Source: an uncultured Alphaproteobacteria bacterium (GTDB lineage: Bacteria; Pseudomonadota; Alphaproteobacteria; Rs-D84). From it: a stretch of DNA of 64,000 bases. Positions 45,360-55,578 of this stretch are shown here, piece after piece. The stretch is from the NCBI GenBank assembly GCA_905234185.1, contig CAJOGC010000002.1, forward strand, positions 103,949-167,948, written 5' to 3'. A program made the translations under genes and the position numbers. The notes beneath the pieces are model-generated. The model had not been told where the DNA came from, made no database searches, and was given only the letters and a program-made list of their open reading frames with translations. Each line of letters starts with the position of its first letter. Positions within the stretch are counted from its first letter, which is position 1.

Positions 45360-46661
45360 TCACCAAGACATATTTTTATATGTTTTTCTGTTAACACTGT
45401 CGCCGAACATATTGCGTTGCTGTTGTGTCATTGATTCAAACTGCTCATTCGAAATAATCCGCAATACAAACGCATCTTCACTGCGTGACGACAACACCGG
45501 CAGCACCCGATGTTCTGCGACACCCGTATCGCGTAATACTTGTTCGATAATTGCCAATCTGCGTGCCGCCAACTTGCGGGCATCGGCATTGTTTGTCACA
45601 CTTTCTGGAATTGCAACCTGAATTGCGCGTTTCGGATTACTGACCACAATGGATGCATATTCGGTTAACAAAGTATAATTATCGCGTGACAACGCAGAGT
45701 CTTCATTACGGAAATGTATTTTTATTTCCAACGGACGAATACCACCCGATTCAGACAAATCACGAACGGCGGTAAATCCTTCTATATTTCTGGACATGTC
45801 ACTTGCCACATCGAAACGATCATCTATTTGGAAAGTTGAAAGATGTTTGTTTTCCGACAAAAATGTCTTACGAAATGCGCGACGCAATTCGGATGGTGAC
45901 ATTTTTGTCATATCATTACGAACCGAACTTATCGTCGGCGAAGTGTTTTTTTCGACGCTGCGCACAATAACATCGTTATTGTCCATCGGCACAACCAGGC
46001 GCGACAACTTTACCGGTGTACTCTGTACATTTTCTTTGCGCGATTCTTGGGCAATCGTATTATCATTTACAACCGGCATCATGGGTTCGGCAACAATCTG
46101 GGACGGACGCGCAATGATACTTTCATCGGCCCTGCGTTGTAATTCGGCAATCCGTGCAATTTGATTATCAAATTCACTTAAATTCCCATGCACAGCACCA
46201 GATTCATCATCACGCACCGCAACGGTGCGAACCGACATATTCATATCAAGGTTTTCTTCGGGTAAATCAAATTCTGGTGTTAACACCGAAAACTCTTCGG
46301 GGCTTGGCATACGCAACGGCATATCACTTTTTACCCACAAATCAGAACTGGGGCGATGCGGAATCAACACATCGGCAACATTTGCGATTTTTTCGCCCGC
46401 ATCAACAGATGGGCGCGTTGTACTTGCCGTGCGTGACGCAATATTTCGTGTATTTGTTTTTTGTGACGCCACGGCGGTCCGCCTTGTCACGGGGGCAACA
46501 GTGACGTTTGGCGCAACAGAAACGGGACCGTATCCCGATTCCCCAAACGCAGCACGTGCCGACACAGCAGTCGAAGCAACATTAACAACCGGTAAACGGG
46601 CATCCCCCCATGCGGGAATTACCACAAAAACCGCCAACAAAGACGCAGTAATTCGATGCAT
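45360..46661 (-). CDS. secreted hypothetical protein with degenerate OmpA/MotB-like C-terminal region
   Basis: A signal peptide is present (LLAVFVVIPAWG). The C-terminus (IKIHFRNEDSALSRDNYTLL...LAARRLAIIEQVLRDTGV) loosely fits the OmpA_C pattern. Confidence 0.55.
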   Translation of the reverse strand: MHRITASLLAVFVVIPAWGDARLPVVNVASTAVSARAAFGESGYGPVSVAPNVTVAPVTRRTAVASQKTNTRNIASRTASTTRPSVDAGEKIANVADVLIPHRPSSDLWVKSDMPLRMPSPEEFSVLTPEFDLPEENLDMNMSVRTVAVRDDESGAVHGNLSEFDNQIARIAELQRRADESIIARPSQIVAEPMMPVVNDNTIAQESRKENVQSTPVKLSRLVVPMDNNDVIVRSVEKNTSPTISSVRNDMTKMSPSELRRAFRKTFLSENKHLSTFQIDDRFDVASDMSRNIEGFTAVRDLSESGGIRPLEIKIHFRNEDSALSRDNYTLLTEYASIVVSNPKRAIQVAIPESVTNNADARKLAARRLAIIEQVLRDTGVAEHRVLPVLSSRSEDAFVLRIISNEQFESMTQQQRNMFGDSVNRKTYKNMSW

Positions 46662-46733
46662 ATTCCTTTCCTTCCGATAATATCATAGAACAAATGACGA
46701 ATCGGGGGCAAGCACAAAATGCATCACTTTAAT

Positions 46734-47780
46734 TTATTTTTCGACCGCATCCGAAATTAATTCAACGGCCATGTTTTCCACACGCGATTTTTCCGCCATT
46801 TTCTTTAACCGTGACGGATTATCAAATAATTCGTCTAATGTGGCCGTTAACCATTTCTGCGTAAACTTGGACTGTTCTATTGCGAAACCACCGCCCAGGC
46901 GCGCGTATGACGCGGCATTTGCGGCCTGGTCCGGATTAATTCCCAATGGAACAATTATCGCCGGACGACCAATTGTTTCCAATTCAATAACGGTGCTGGC
47001 GCCACCACGCGAAATTACTAAATCAGAATCCGTGATTACACCCGCCATATCACGAATAAAAGACAAAACATTTGCGTGAATTTTATGTTTGGCATAAAAC
47101 ATCTGTAATTTTTCAACGTTTTCTGGCCGCGTCTGGTGCGTGACAAAAACCTTTTTATTTTTCATTGCGGCAACCGCGATTGGCACCACTTCATCTAATA
47201 TTTGTGCACCCAGCGAACCGCCGGTCACCAACAAATGCGACTTACCTGGCAATTTTGCGCCTGCACGTTCAATAAAATCACGGCGGACCGGCAAACCGGT
47301 ATAAATTATTTTTGCCGATGATTTTTTCGGCATACCGTCAACGGTCGGAAAACTGGTCATCAATGTTTTAACCCAACGCATAGTAAACTTATTCGCGCGA
47401 CCGATTGCCGCATTCTGTTCATGCAAAAATGTCGGAATATGCCAAACATGTGCGGCAAACACCGCCGGCACAGATGCATACCCACCGAACGCAACAACGC
47501 GACTGGGGCGCGAAAATATAAAACGCAATGTTAATGCAAATGCCGACACCGCGATTTTAAACAAAGCGAACATCTGTTGTGCTTTACTTTTTGCGCCAAC
47601 ACCCGATGCCCAGATATGAATTTTTTTTGCACCCGCCGGCATACCTTCACGCACCATTTTATCAACACGACCATCACACGAAATCGCAATTTTATGTCCA
47701 CGCGATGCTAATTCGCTGGCAACCGCTAACGCTGGATACACATGTCCACCCGTTCCACCCGTTGCAATAAGTATTTTCAT
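46734..47780 (-). CDS. murG: UDP-N-acetylglucosamine--N-acetylmuramyl-(pentapeptide) pyrophosphoryl-undecaprenol GlcNAc transferase
   Basis: MKILIATGGTGGHVYPALAVA and ...GGSLGA... are present. The gene sits in a dcw context. Confidence 0.9.
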   Translation of the reverse strand: MKILIATGGTGGHVYPALAVASELASRGHKIAISCDGRVDKMVREGMPAGAKKIHIWASGVGAKSKAQQMFALFKIAVSAFALTLRFIFSRPSRVVAFGGYASVPAVFAAHVWHIPTFLHEQNAAIGRANKFTMRWVKTLMTSFPTVDGMPKKSSAKIIYTGLPVRRDFIERAGAKLPGKSHLLVTGGSLGAQILDEVVPIAVAAMKNKKVFVTHQTRPENVEKLQMFYAKHKIHANVLSFIRDMAGVITDSDLVISRGGASTVIELETIGRPAIIVPLGINPDQAANAASYARLGGGFAIEQSKFTQKWLTATLDELFDNPSRLKKMAEKSRVENMAVELISDAVEK

Positions 47781-47798
47781 ATTCGTCTCCTGATATAT

Positions 47799-48968
47799 CT
47801 ATTTCCATTTATCTTCACGAATCAATGCCATCACCATACCAAACAGTAAACAATATGCAACAAACGAACTGCCCCCGTGTGATATGAATGGCAAAGTCAT
47901 CCCCTTGGCCGGCATAATACGCAAAGTCGATGCCAGGTTGATGCACACTTGGATACCAAACATCGCGGCCGTTCCAACAATTGCATTGGTGGTAAAATCG
48001 TCATGCGAATATTTCGATTGATGCAAAAGTCGCCAAAACACAAACCACAACAGAACAATAAGCCCGCAAGACAAAATTGCACCAAAGTTCTCGCATATTA
48101 CGGACAAAACAAAATCGCTTTCTGCCATCGGCAGATTTTCGACCACATGAGCCTTGTCCCCTGCGCCGGTCAGACCCCCATTACGAATCGCCCGCAACGC
48201 AAAACCTATTTGGCTGTGCGGATCAACCGGCGCAAAAAGTGCAAAGGTTCTTGACCGAACGTGTGGCAAAAACGCAACGCCCAATGCAAACAGTCCGCCA
48301 CCAATACCAATCATCGACGCAATCCATTTTCCGGGCAACCCCGCCAGAATTAACATCACAAATACCGTCCCCAGATAAAGCACCAGTGTACCAAAATCCG
48401 GATGCCAGAATTGAATTGCTAATATTACAATCAGTGGTGCTAAATACCATGCCCACGACCATGTTTTTACCTGGAACAATGTGCGCTTCAAGTTGAACAT
48501 GTCGCCCTTATACACCGAACGCATTTTTGCAATGAACCATGCGGTTATCATAACAAAACCGGGTTTCATTAAATCAGATGGCATAATATGTTGTGGCACA
48601 CCGGGCAACACAAACCAACGATAAGAATTATTTAGTTTATGCGGGAATAAAACAGTTCCTATTAACAATACAAAGAATACTATCAAATCCCCCCACGCCC
48701 ATCGCATAACATTTTTTTTATTGGTCATACTTATACCGATCATCATTGTAATGCCGACCAGATAATACGGAATCATACGAACAAAAAATTCATACCACTT
48801 TACTTTATGCGTCATATTTATTGTTCTTACGAACATCGCAGAACCACTGGATATAGCCATAATCATTGCGACCAATATCAATCCAAAAACCATAATCAGT
48901 AATTTACGGTCTATTTCGAAATACCAACTGGTTAATTTGCTTTCTTCGGTTCTGTTTATTCTGAACAT
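47799..48968 (-). CDS. ftsW: SEDS-family peptidoglycan polymerase FtsW
   Basis: It is a polytopic FtsW/RodA/SpoVE-type protein (PESHTDF-like ...MAESDFVLSVICE..., GMTLPFISHGGSS) located between mraY and murG. Confidence 0.85.
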   Translation of the reverse strand: MFRINRTEESKLTSWYFEIDRKLLIMVFGLILVAMIMAISSGSAMFVRTINMTHKVKWYEFFVRMIPYYLVGITMMIGISMTNKKNVMRWAWGDLIVFFVLLIGTVLFPHKLNNSYRWFVLPGVPQHIMPSDLMKPGFVMITAWFIAKMRSVYKGDMFNLKRTLFQVKTWSWAWYLAPLIVILAIQFWHPDFGTLVLYLGTVFVMLILAGLPGKWIASMIGIGGGLFALGVAFLPHVRSRTFALFAPVDPHSQIGFALRAIRNGGLTGAGDKAHVVENLPMAESDFVLSVICENFGAILSCGLIVLLWFVFWRLLHQSKYSHDDFTTNAIVGTAAMFGIQVCINLASTLRIMPAKGMTLPFISHGGSSFVAYCLLFGMVMALIREDKWK

Positions 48969-48987
48969 AACATTGTCCCATTATGAT

Positions 48988-50076
48988 TTATGCGAATTTC
49001 AATATTACCAACGCCAGACCAGCGAACATCACAGACAGGATAAAAAACCTGTCTACAATTTTTGTTTCGGTCCAACCCAGTTCTTCGAAATGGTGATGCA
49101 ATGGCGCACGACGAAATACCCGGCGCCCGGTTCCCGTGGCGATACGCGTTGCCTTGAACACCATAGTTTGTATAAACGATGACAGCAATATTAAAACCAT
49201 CATTCCCGCAGCAACCCCCATGATGATTTCAGATTTCAATAACATGGCGACCGTCCCCATAAAACCACCCAGGGCAAGCGAACCAACATCGCCCATGAAT
49301 ATAGACGCGGGTTTTGCATTAAACCACAAAAATCCCAAAACCGCGCCAAAGGTTGCCCCCAAGACAGCATACAAACCACTTGCTTCGGGCAAGAATATTA
49401 CCGTATCCATAAATCCGATTCGTGTTGCACCATATAACGCGACAACCAGAACAATTAATACCGGCATATAGAGTTTTGACAACATTCCATCCAACCCGTC
49501 GGTAATATTTGTTGCATTTGCGGAACCACAGATCACAAAATATGCGAACACATAATAAAGCAAACCCAACGGCCACGCAATCCACGAACCAAACGTCAAT
49601 GATAAATCGGGAACATATGCCGGCATCGTTTTATTTATAAGATACGCCAATATCACAACAAACACACCTTCGACAAACAATCGTGTCGATGGTTTAAGGC
49701 CATTTGCGGCCTTTACCGATTGCGAAGTGACCTTTTTATAATCATCGATAAAACCCAATGTTGCGAACATCACCAACGCCAACAATGCAACCCACCCAGT
49801 AGGATTATTCATGGGCATAAAAAGCACACTTGCAACTACTATTGCCAGCACGATTAGAATTCCGCCCATTGTCGGGGTTCCCGCCTTGGCCCGATGAGAT
49901 TCTGGGACATTTTCACTTATTGGCTGACCTTTCTTTTGCCATGTATGCATTGTGCGTATAAACGGGCGTCCGAACAACAACAATATCAAAAACGCCAGCC
50001 CAAAACCGCATGCAAATTGGGTCCAACCACTGGCAAAAAACATTGCGCCCCGCGCCAGAAAAAAATCAGTCAGCAT
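48988..50076 (-). CDS. mraY: phospho-N-acetylmuramoyl-pentapeptide transferase
   Basis: KAGTPTMGG, NATNITDGLDG, GDVGSLALGG and APLHHHFE are present. The start is moved to ATG 50076, which has an AAGGAG RBS. Confidence 0.9.
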   Translation of the reverse strand: MLTDFFLARGAMFFASGWTQFACGFGLAFLILLLFGRPFIRTMHTWQKKGQPISENVPESHRAKAGTPTMGGILIVLAIVVASVLFMPMNNPTGWVALLALVMFATLGFIDDYKKVTSQSVKAANGLKPSTRLFVEGVFVVILAYLINKTMPAYVPDLSLTFGSWIAWPLGLLYYVFAYFVICGSANATNITDGLDGMLSKLYMPVLIVLVVALYGATRIGFMDTVIFLPEASGLYAVLGATFGAVLGFLWFNAKPASIFMGDVGSLALGGFMGTVAMLLKSEIIMGVAAGMMVLILLSSFIQTMVFKATRIATGTGRRVFRRAPLHHHFEELGWTETKIVDRFFILSVMFAGLALVILKFA

Positions 50077-50130
50077 AAAAATCTCCTTTCTATGCTGACA
50101 TTTTATCACAAAGTTTGTGGAAAATAAATC

Positions 50131-50430
50131 TTATTTACCACTACATTCGATAATTGTGTCATCGTCCAGAATCAGAGTCCAGTTTTCACCACGATTCCAC
50201 AAAACGACCACTGTATCATTTAATATTCCAGCAAATTTAGCACCAGACGCCGCAACAACATTGGATAATTCCAATTCATCACCGTTTATATTGGCCGTCA
50301 TCGTGTCACCATTTTCAGAAAACTGCATTTTAACATCGTATCCACCACACGTTTGGTGTTCGTCGCCGTTTCCACGATTGCATGCAACCAACATAAATGC
50401 ACACATGACACAAATTAGTATTTTTTTCAT
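50131..50430 (-). CDS. MliC-like lipoprotein (lysozyme-inhibitor family)
   Basis: A lipobox is present (FMLVAC). ...AASGAKFAG...VVLWNRGENWTL....IIEC resembles the MliC pattern. The start is moved to ATG 50430. Confidence 0.55.
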   Translation of the reverse strand: MKKILICVMCAFMLVACNRGNGDEHQTCGGYDVKMQFSENGDTMTANINGDELELSNVVAASGAKFAGILNDTVVVLWNRGENWTLILDDDTIIECSGK

Positions 50431-50489
50431 AAAACCACCCCTTGAATCACTTTCTGGGGTATTATAGCACATTTTTTTGGAATATTAAA

Positions 50490-52529
50490 TTAAAATACAC
50501 CACCGACAACGGGACTGGTATCCATGGTGCCGCGATTTGGGGCCGGGTTTGGTTTCTGGCCGACTTTGAACGCTTCGGTAATGATGGTTCCATCTGGGTC
50601 AACGGATGCAGATGCCCCACTGCGTCGATTAACACGAACAAAACTTAATCCATCCGGCACAGGGAACGGCTGATTTTTTTCGTTTTCCAGCGCAACCCGC
50701 ATAAAGTCCGCGAACACACGTGCGGCCATATGGCTGCCAGCCCCCTTACCCAGCGGGGTTGGTGTATCATATCCCAGGTAAACCCCGGCAATCATGTTTT
50801 TGGAAAAACCGATAAACCATACATCTTTGACTTCGTTGGTGGTTCCGGTTTTGCCGGCAATAGTATGACCTTCGACACGCGCCTGGCGACCCGTTCCCCG
50901 TTCGACCGCGCCCTGTAATATTGAAACAATTTGATAAAGACTCTGGGCATCCGCCAATGGTTCAGATTCCGTATCGGTCTCTGGGGGCAACAAATCTGGC
51001 GACCATTCGACAATTTCGGTTTTGGTTCCATCAACGGTGCGCCCGTACCTGTCTTGGATATAATCCACCATTTGTGGCTTTATTTGATGTCCACCATTTA
51101 CAAATGCCGCATATCCCAGAACAAGTTTTTCCAGCGTTGTTTCGCCCGCGCCCAATGCCATTGCGATATTTACATTTTTCATGTTTTGTGGATAAACGCC
51201 GAATCGCTGGGCCATTTCGATGGCGTTTTCCGGACCAATTTGCTGGGCCAGACGCACAGTCGGTACATTACGCGATGTTTCCAACGACAACCGCAATGGA
51301 ATATCCCCAAGAAATTTCTTGTCATAATTTTCGGGTTTCCATTCCATACCACTTTCACGAATTCCTACAATTGGCGCGTCCAACAATAATGCTTCGGGCG
51401 ACATACCGCGCTCCAACGCGGCCAGATATACAAATGGTTTAATAGTACTGCCTATTTGGCGATACGCCTGGGTTGCACGATTAAATGAACTTTCGGCAAA
51501 GTTGCGGCCACCAGTCATGGCCAAGACGCGCCCTGTGTGTGGATTCATCGCTATAATAGCCCCCTGGATTTTATCGGTGCGTCCGGCATTATAAGCATCC
51601 AGTTCTTTGTTCAGTGCTTCGGCTGCGGCGCGTTGTAGTTTTGGGTCGATTGTTGTTTTTATGTATAATCCCTGGTTATACAGCACTTCACGCCCCAATT
51701 TATTTAACAATTGTCGCCGCACATCTTCGGCAAAATACTGGAATTCTGGGGCCATTTGTTCGGTAAACCCACTATTAATATTTAACTCTTCGGCAATGGC
51801 GGCATCGGCCTGGGGCTGGGTAATATATCCCTCCTCCAGCATACGGCGGATAACATAATTCCGGCGTTCAACCGCACGGTTGCGATCATTTGGTGCCTTT
51901 GGCAAAGATGCCAAAAACGCGCATTCCGCCAGCGATAATTCCGCCACCGGCTTGTTGAAATACATTAACGCCGCCGAACCGACACCATATGCGCGCGCGC
52001 CAAGGAATATTTCATTCATATACAATGTCAAAATATGTTTTTTGGAAAAAGTGCGTTCCAAACGTAATGCTAATATCGCCTCTTTTATTTTACGCGACAA
52101 ACTGCGTTCCGAAGTCAGGAAGAAATTTTTTGCCACCTGTTGCGTAATGGTTGATGCGCCCGAGAAATTCGTATTAAATCCCAACATGCGCGCCCCATTA
52201 TTAACGATCGCGCGGATTATCCCCTGGGCATCGATACCGGGGTGGGTCCAGAAATTCTGATCTTCGGCCGCGACAAACGCATTGACCAATTGAGACGGCA
52301 TATCATCAAAATCGATGAACACACGACGTTCTTCGGCATATTCTATTAACAACGAACCATCGGCCGCATAAAGCCGTGTTGCCACCGGTGGCGCATATGT
52401 CGCCAATTTGCGATAATCCGGCAAATCATTTCCATAAACAAATATCAGTGCTGCCAACGCAGCGATTCCAGCCGTAAAAGACCAAAATACAACATGCAAT
52501 AAAATACGCAGAATTTTTCTGAATTTCAT
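50490..52529 (-). CDS. mrcA: class A penicillin-binding protein (PBP1A-type transglycosylase/transpeptidase)
   Basis: The GT51 motifs (AAEDQNFWTHPGID, RKIKEAILALRLE) and the transpeptidase motifs STIKP, SRN and KTGTT are present. Confidence 0.9.
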   Translation of the reverse strand: MKFRKILRILLHVVFWSFTAGIAALAALIFVYGNDLPDYRKLATYAPPVATRLYAADGSLLIEYAEERRVFIDFDDMPSQLVNAFVAAEDQNFWTHPGIDAQGIIRAIVNNGARMLGFNTNFSGASTITQQVAKNFFLTSERSLSRKIKEAILALRLERTFSKKHILTLYMNEIFLGARAYGVGSAALMYFNKPVAELSLAECAFLASLPKAPNDRNRAVERRNYVIRRMLEEGYITQPQADAAIAEELNINSGFTEQMAPEFQYFAEDVRRQLLNKLGREVLYNQGLYIKTTIDPKLQRAAAEALNKELDAYNAGRTDKIQGAIIAMNPHTGRVLAMTGGRNFAESSFNRATQAYRQIGSTIKPFVYLAALERGMSPEALLLDAPIVGIRESGMEWKPENYDKKFLGDIPLRLSLETSRNVPTVRLAQQIGPENAIEMAQRFGVYPQNMKNVNIAMALGAGETTLEKLVLGYAAFVNGGHQIKPQMVDYIQDRYGRTVDGTKTEIVEWSPDLLPPETDTESEPLADAQSLYQIVSILQGAVERGTGRQARVEGHTIAGKTGTTNEVKDVWFIGFSKNMIAGVYLGYDTPTPLGKGAGSHMAARVFADFMRVALENEKNQPFPVPDGLSFVRVNRRSGASASVDPDGTIITEAFKVGQKPNPAPNRGTMDTSPVVGGVF

Positions 52530-52574
52530 AACGAAATAATTTTAATACAACTAATTATGTATTGCAAATAAAAA

Positions 52575-52601
52575 CAAAAAAACGCCCAAACGGGCGATTT
52601 T
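52575..52601 (-). terminator. Rho-independent terminator after the IMPase-like gene
   Basis: The minus strand reads AAAATCGCCCGtttGGGCGTTTTTTT. Confidence 0.65.
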
Positions 52602-52625
52602 ACAAGCCACTTCAATAACAACAGC

Positions 52626-53342
52626 CTATAATTCAAAACGACCGTTCGTCGCGATTAAATCCGCACCCATTTCTATTTTACCGCCCGCTTCATGCACCAT
52701 TAACTCACCGGCGGCGATTTCCGCAAAATCCAGCGGTTCAGACACAAAACCATCAAACTTGCCCGATGCAACCCACGCCAAATCTAATGCCGGGCATCCC
52801 GTCCGACGAACATCACCAACCGTTTTGCGGTTATCGGTCGTGTTATACGCGACCGTCAAATCCGATTCGTCTGCAATATTTGACACACGAACACGCGATG
52901 AATGAAACGCCGAAAACGCATACGCACCATGGCCGCGTTCGGCATAATACAGCCGTTCATCTATTGGTGAATAAATCAATGCAATCTGGGTTTCGTCATT
53001 TGTCCGCAACGCCAAAGAGATTGCAAAATGTGGATTTGCACGAACAAAATTCGCCGCACCAGACAAAGCCAAAACAAATTCGTCACGACCATCACCGGCA
53101 TGCGACACATTAGGGGTAAGCAAACCCGCACTTGGGCGAACCAACATCAAATCAGACAAGATACTTTCTTCGATTCGCGCTTCTGCCTTGGCCACAAAAT
53201 CACGCGCCCCGCGCAACGATTGTTGCAAATTTTCCACTTCGCCAAAATCATGGCGCAAACCGGTTGCCGTGCGTTGCAACGCCATAAACATTTTGTTTAA
53301 TTCCGTTGAACCCTTAATCAGCAATTCCATTTGCGCCCCCAT
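52626..53342 (-). CDS. inositol monophosphatase/SuhB-family protein with degenerate metal-binding motifs
   Basis: Family blocks NFVRANPHFAISLAL, ALIYSPIDERLYYAERGHGAY, CPALDLAWVASGKFDGF and AAGELMVHEAGG are present. The position of the DPxDGT motif reads LALSGA. Confidence 0.7.
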   Translation of the reverse strand: MGAQMELLIKGSTELNKMFMALQRTATGLRHDFGEVENLQQSLRGARDFVAKAEARIEESILSDLMLVRPSAGLLTPNVSHAGDGRDEFVLALSGAANFVRANPHFAISLALRTNDETQIALIYSPIDERLYYAERGHGAYAFSAFHSSRVRVSNIADESDLTVAYNTTDNRKTVGDVRRTGCPALDLAWVASGKFDGFVSEPLDFAEIAAGELMVHEAGGKIEMGADLIATNGRFEL

Positions 53343-53353
53343 AACCGGTTGGT

Positions 53354-53566
53354 TTAGAAATTAAATCCGGCAAATTTGCTCTTGAATTCCGCCGCGCGCT
53401 GACCCTTATCCCCGGCATTTGCACGTTGTCCGGTCCACGCAGAATGGTTCAAGTTATCGGTTGACAAAACCAAATCCTTCTTAACCGAAGAATACATTTT
53501 AACCGTTTTACCATCAGTCATTGTGACATTGATTTCATGGTATTCTGGATGAATTCCTTTTTTCAT
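53354..53566 (-). CDS. rpmE: 50S ribosomal protein L31
   Basis: MKKGIHPEYHEINVTMTDG... Confidence 0.9.
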   Translation of the reverse strand: MKKGIHPEYHEINVTMTDGKTVKMYSSVKKDLVLSTDNLNHSAWTGQRANAGDKGQRAAEFKSKFAGFNF

Positions 53567-53639
53567 ATTATAACCCTTTTGATTTTTTAGCCCCGTGATT
53601 ATACAAGGATTTTTCGATAAATCAAGCGATATTCGCTAA

Positions 53640-54149
53640 TTAATAGCGTCCGATACACCCTAAATAAGAATTACCGGTCGATTCGAGAATATTTATAAAC
53701 TGATTCTGATTTTTACCGGAAAACAGTGCCAAAATAGTTCCGGCATCTGTGGCCAGCATATCCGCCACCGTTGCGATGGACGAATTCATTTTCTTGAAAA
53801 ATCCACTGGCTGGGTATATTTCCGCGGCAAACAATTGATGACCACCACGCGTATTTGCGGAATTTTCCGCGCGGATAACCATCAGTTGACATTCCGGTGA
53901 AATAATAACTTTGTCCGTCACGACGGCACCGCCACCAAGCAATTCGCCCCACCAGCCCGTCGATTCGCAAAACACGGGATAGTACACGATCGCATCTGGG
54001 TTTGATTCGAATATAGAAGGCAAATCCAAATCCGTTGATATAACATCCGGCATTTCGCCCGTTGCGGTATTTATAACCTTGCGTGCCAACTGATATGTTG
54101 CATCACCATTTGTTTTGCGTGGCCAATAAAGAATCGGAAACTGCTTCAT
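53640..54149 (-). CDS. hypothetical protein, 169 aa, no signal peptide
   Basis: The ORF lies 68 nt downstream of the divergent VirB6-like gene on the same strand. I recognise no domain. Confidence 0.5.
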   Translation of the reverse strand: MKQFPILYWPRKTNGDATYQLARKVINTATGEMPDVISTDLDLPSIFESNPDAIVYYPVFCESTGWWGELLGGGAVVTDKVIISPECQLMVIRAENSANTRGGHQLFAAEIYPASGFFKKMNSSIATVADMLATDAGTILALFSGKNQNQFINILESTGNSYLGCIGRY

Positions 54150-54217
54150 TGATGTGAATTATATCAGATTCGGAACACATAAAAAAGGGGCATATGTAAA
54201 ATAAAGCACTTGATTTT

Positions 54218-55504
54218 TTATTTTTTTATAACTTTCCAGAGTTTCTGCAGGTTTGCCCACGTCACTTCCAGGTTCTTTTTTGTCGTCTGATAGAATTTAT
54301 CCGATATTTTTACATTGAACAATGTTTCGATAAGTGCGGGAATAGATGTCATAAACATAGCGATAAATATCCCCATAAGGATGATTGTCACAATGCTGTC
54401 ATTACGCATCATCAATCCATCCATAAGAATTGTCGAATCGTTCTGTGCAAGTGCCGTCACTAATGCATTCGCCCCGCCCCAATCACCAAACATCGCGTCC
54501 AAGAACATTATTGCAAATGTCACAAATATACCAGTCAATGCCAGTCCCAATGTCCCCTTGACCACATCATCGATAATCGATTCGATATTTTTTCCACCAC
54601 CCGGCAATATTTTCCACCCATTAAATATCCATGCCAATAAGTTTAATGGCAACATTATCAAATCCAGTGATAAATTTATGAATATTTCCAAGAAAAAGAT
54701 GGGTATCGGCAATAATGCCGCAAAAAACAAAACCAGTATTAGTAATCCGCTAAAAAATATTAATACATTCGGGAAAATCGGAATATCCAGAATAATTTTG
54801 TGCATATACTTTTCATTAAATGCCATATTCAGCATCGTCCATCCCACCGCCATCCCAAGCCCGGTCATTTGATGAACAACCCCTAATTCACATGCCAGAT
54901 TATGACGCAACTTTGGTGAAAATGCCCCGCGCGACGCCGCATCCACAGACACAGATGCCGGATCCGCAATTGCGGTCGCAATGATACAATTATTAAATTC
55001 ATCATCGCCAACAACGATATGATTCATTGACATGCCTACATTAAATATCGGTTCTATTGCTATATCATTTATCATTCGTGGCAATGGCGCGACCAATAGC
55101 CCACAAACAACCGCTAATTTTATAACACGCACGCCAAAATCACCGGACAATGACCATGGTTCAATATTTTTTGCATTCATATAATTTGAAAGTAATTGCC
55201 ACGCAAACCAAATTGCCAAAAATGCCGCTGCAAACGGGATAATTACCGCACCAATCGCACTGTACACCCCCGGCAAAATATCAGACATCGTTCCAATTAC
55301 ATCCGAAAACATCTGGCACGACCAACATGTCGAAAAGAAATTAAGCGCGTCACTCATGTTAACCGGAACGGCCGTACGGTATATTGCAAACCCGGCTAAA
55401 ACGCCAACCCCTGCGATTGCGCCGACGACCCATGGTGCCACCGCCCCCGCCGCAAATGGCAAGAACGATAAAAACACTATCCAAAACTTTCTAAACCTAT
55501 TCAT
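54218..55504 (-). CDS. VirB6/TrbL-like polytopic membrane protein, paralog 1 (divergent)
   Basis: It has multiple TM helices and an N-terminal CWSCQMF motif. The central loop carries a Cys pair. The late block IMLPLNLLAWIFNGW resembles the VirB6/TrbL ...PL....Y.F....W region. The tail is Lys-rich. Confidence 0.5.
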   Translation of the reverse strand: MNRFRKFWIVFLSFLPFAAGAVAPWVVGAIAGVGVLAGFAIYRTAVPVNMSDALNFFSTCWSCQMFSDVIGTMSDILPGVYSAIGAVIIPFAAAFLAIWFAWQLLSNYMNAKNIEPWSLSGDFGVRVIKLAVVCGLLVAPLPRMINDIAIEPIFNVGMSMNHIVVGDDEFNNCIIATAIADPASVSVDAASRGAFSPKLRHNLACELGVVHQMTGLGMAVGWTMLNMAFNEKYMHKIILDIPIFPNVLIFFSGLLILVLFFAALLPIPIFFLEIFINLSLDLIMLPLNLLAWIFNGWKILPGGGKNIESIIDDVVKGTLGLALTGIFVTFAIMFLDAMFGDWGGANALVTALAQNDSTILMDGLMMRNDSIVTIILMGIFIAMFMTSIPALIETLFNVKISDKFYQTTKKNLEVTWANLQKLWKVIKK

Positions 55505-55515
55505 ATCATAATAAG

Positions 55516-55545
55516 TATATCACATTTTGTCCCAAATGTGATATA
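55516..55545. promoter_or_regulatory. perfect 12-6-12 palindrome in divergent promoter region (putative operator)
   Basis: TATATCACATTT-tgtccc-AAATGTGATATA. The right arm overlaps a TATAAT hexamer (55542..55547). The left arm overlaps TATACT on the opposite strand. Confidence 0.5.
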
Positions 55546-55578
55546 ATTGAAAAGATAAAAATGTAAACACGAGAGAGA

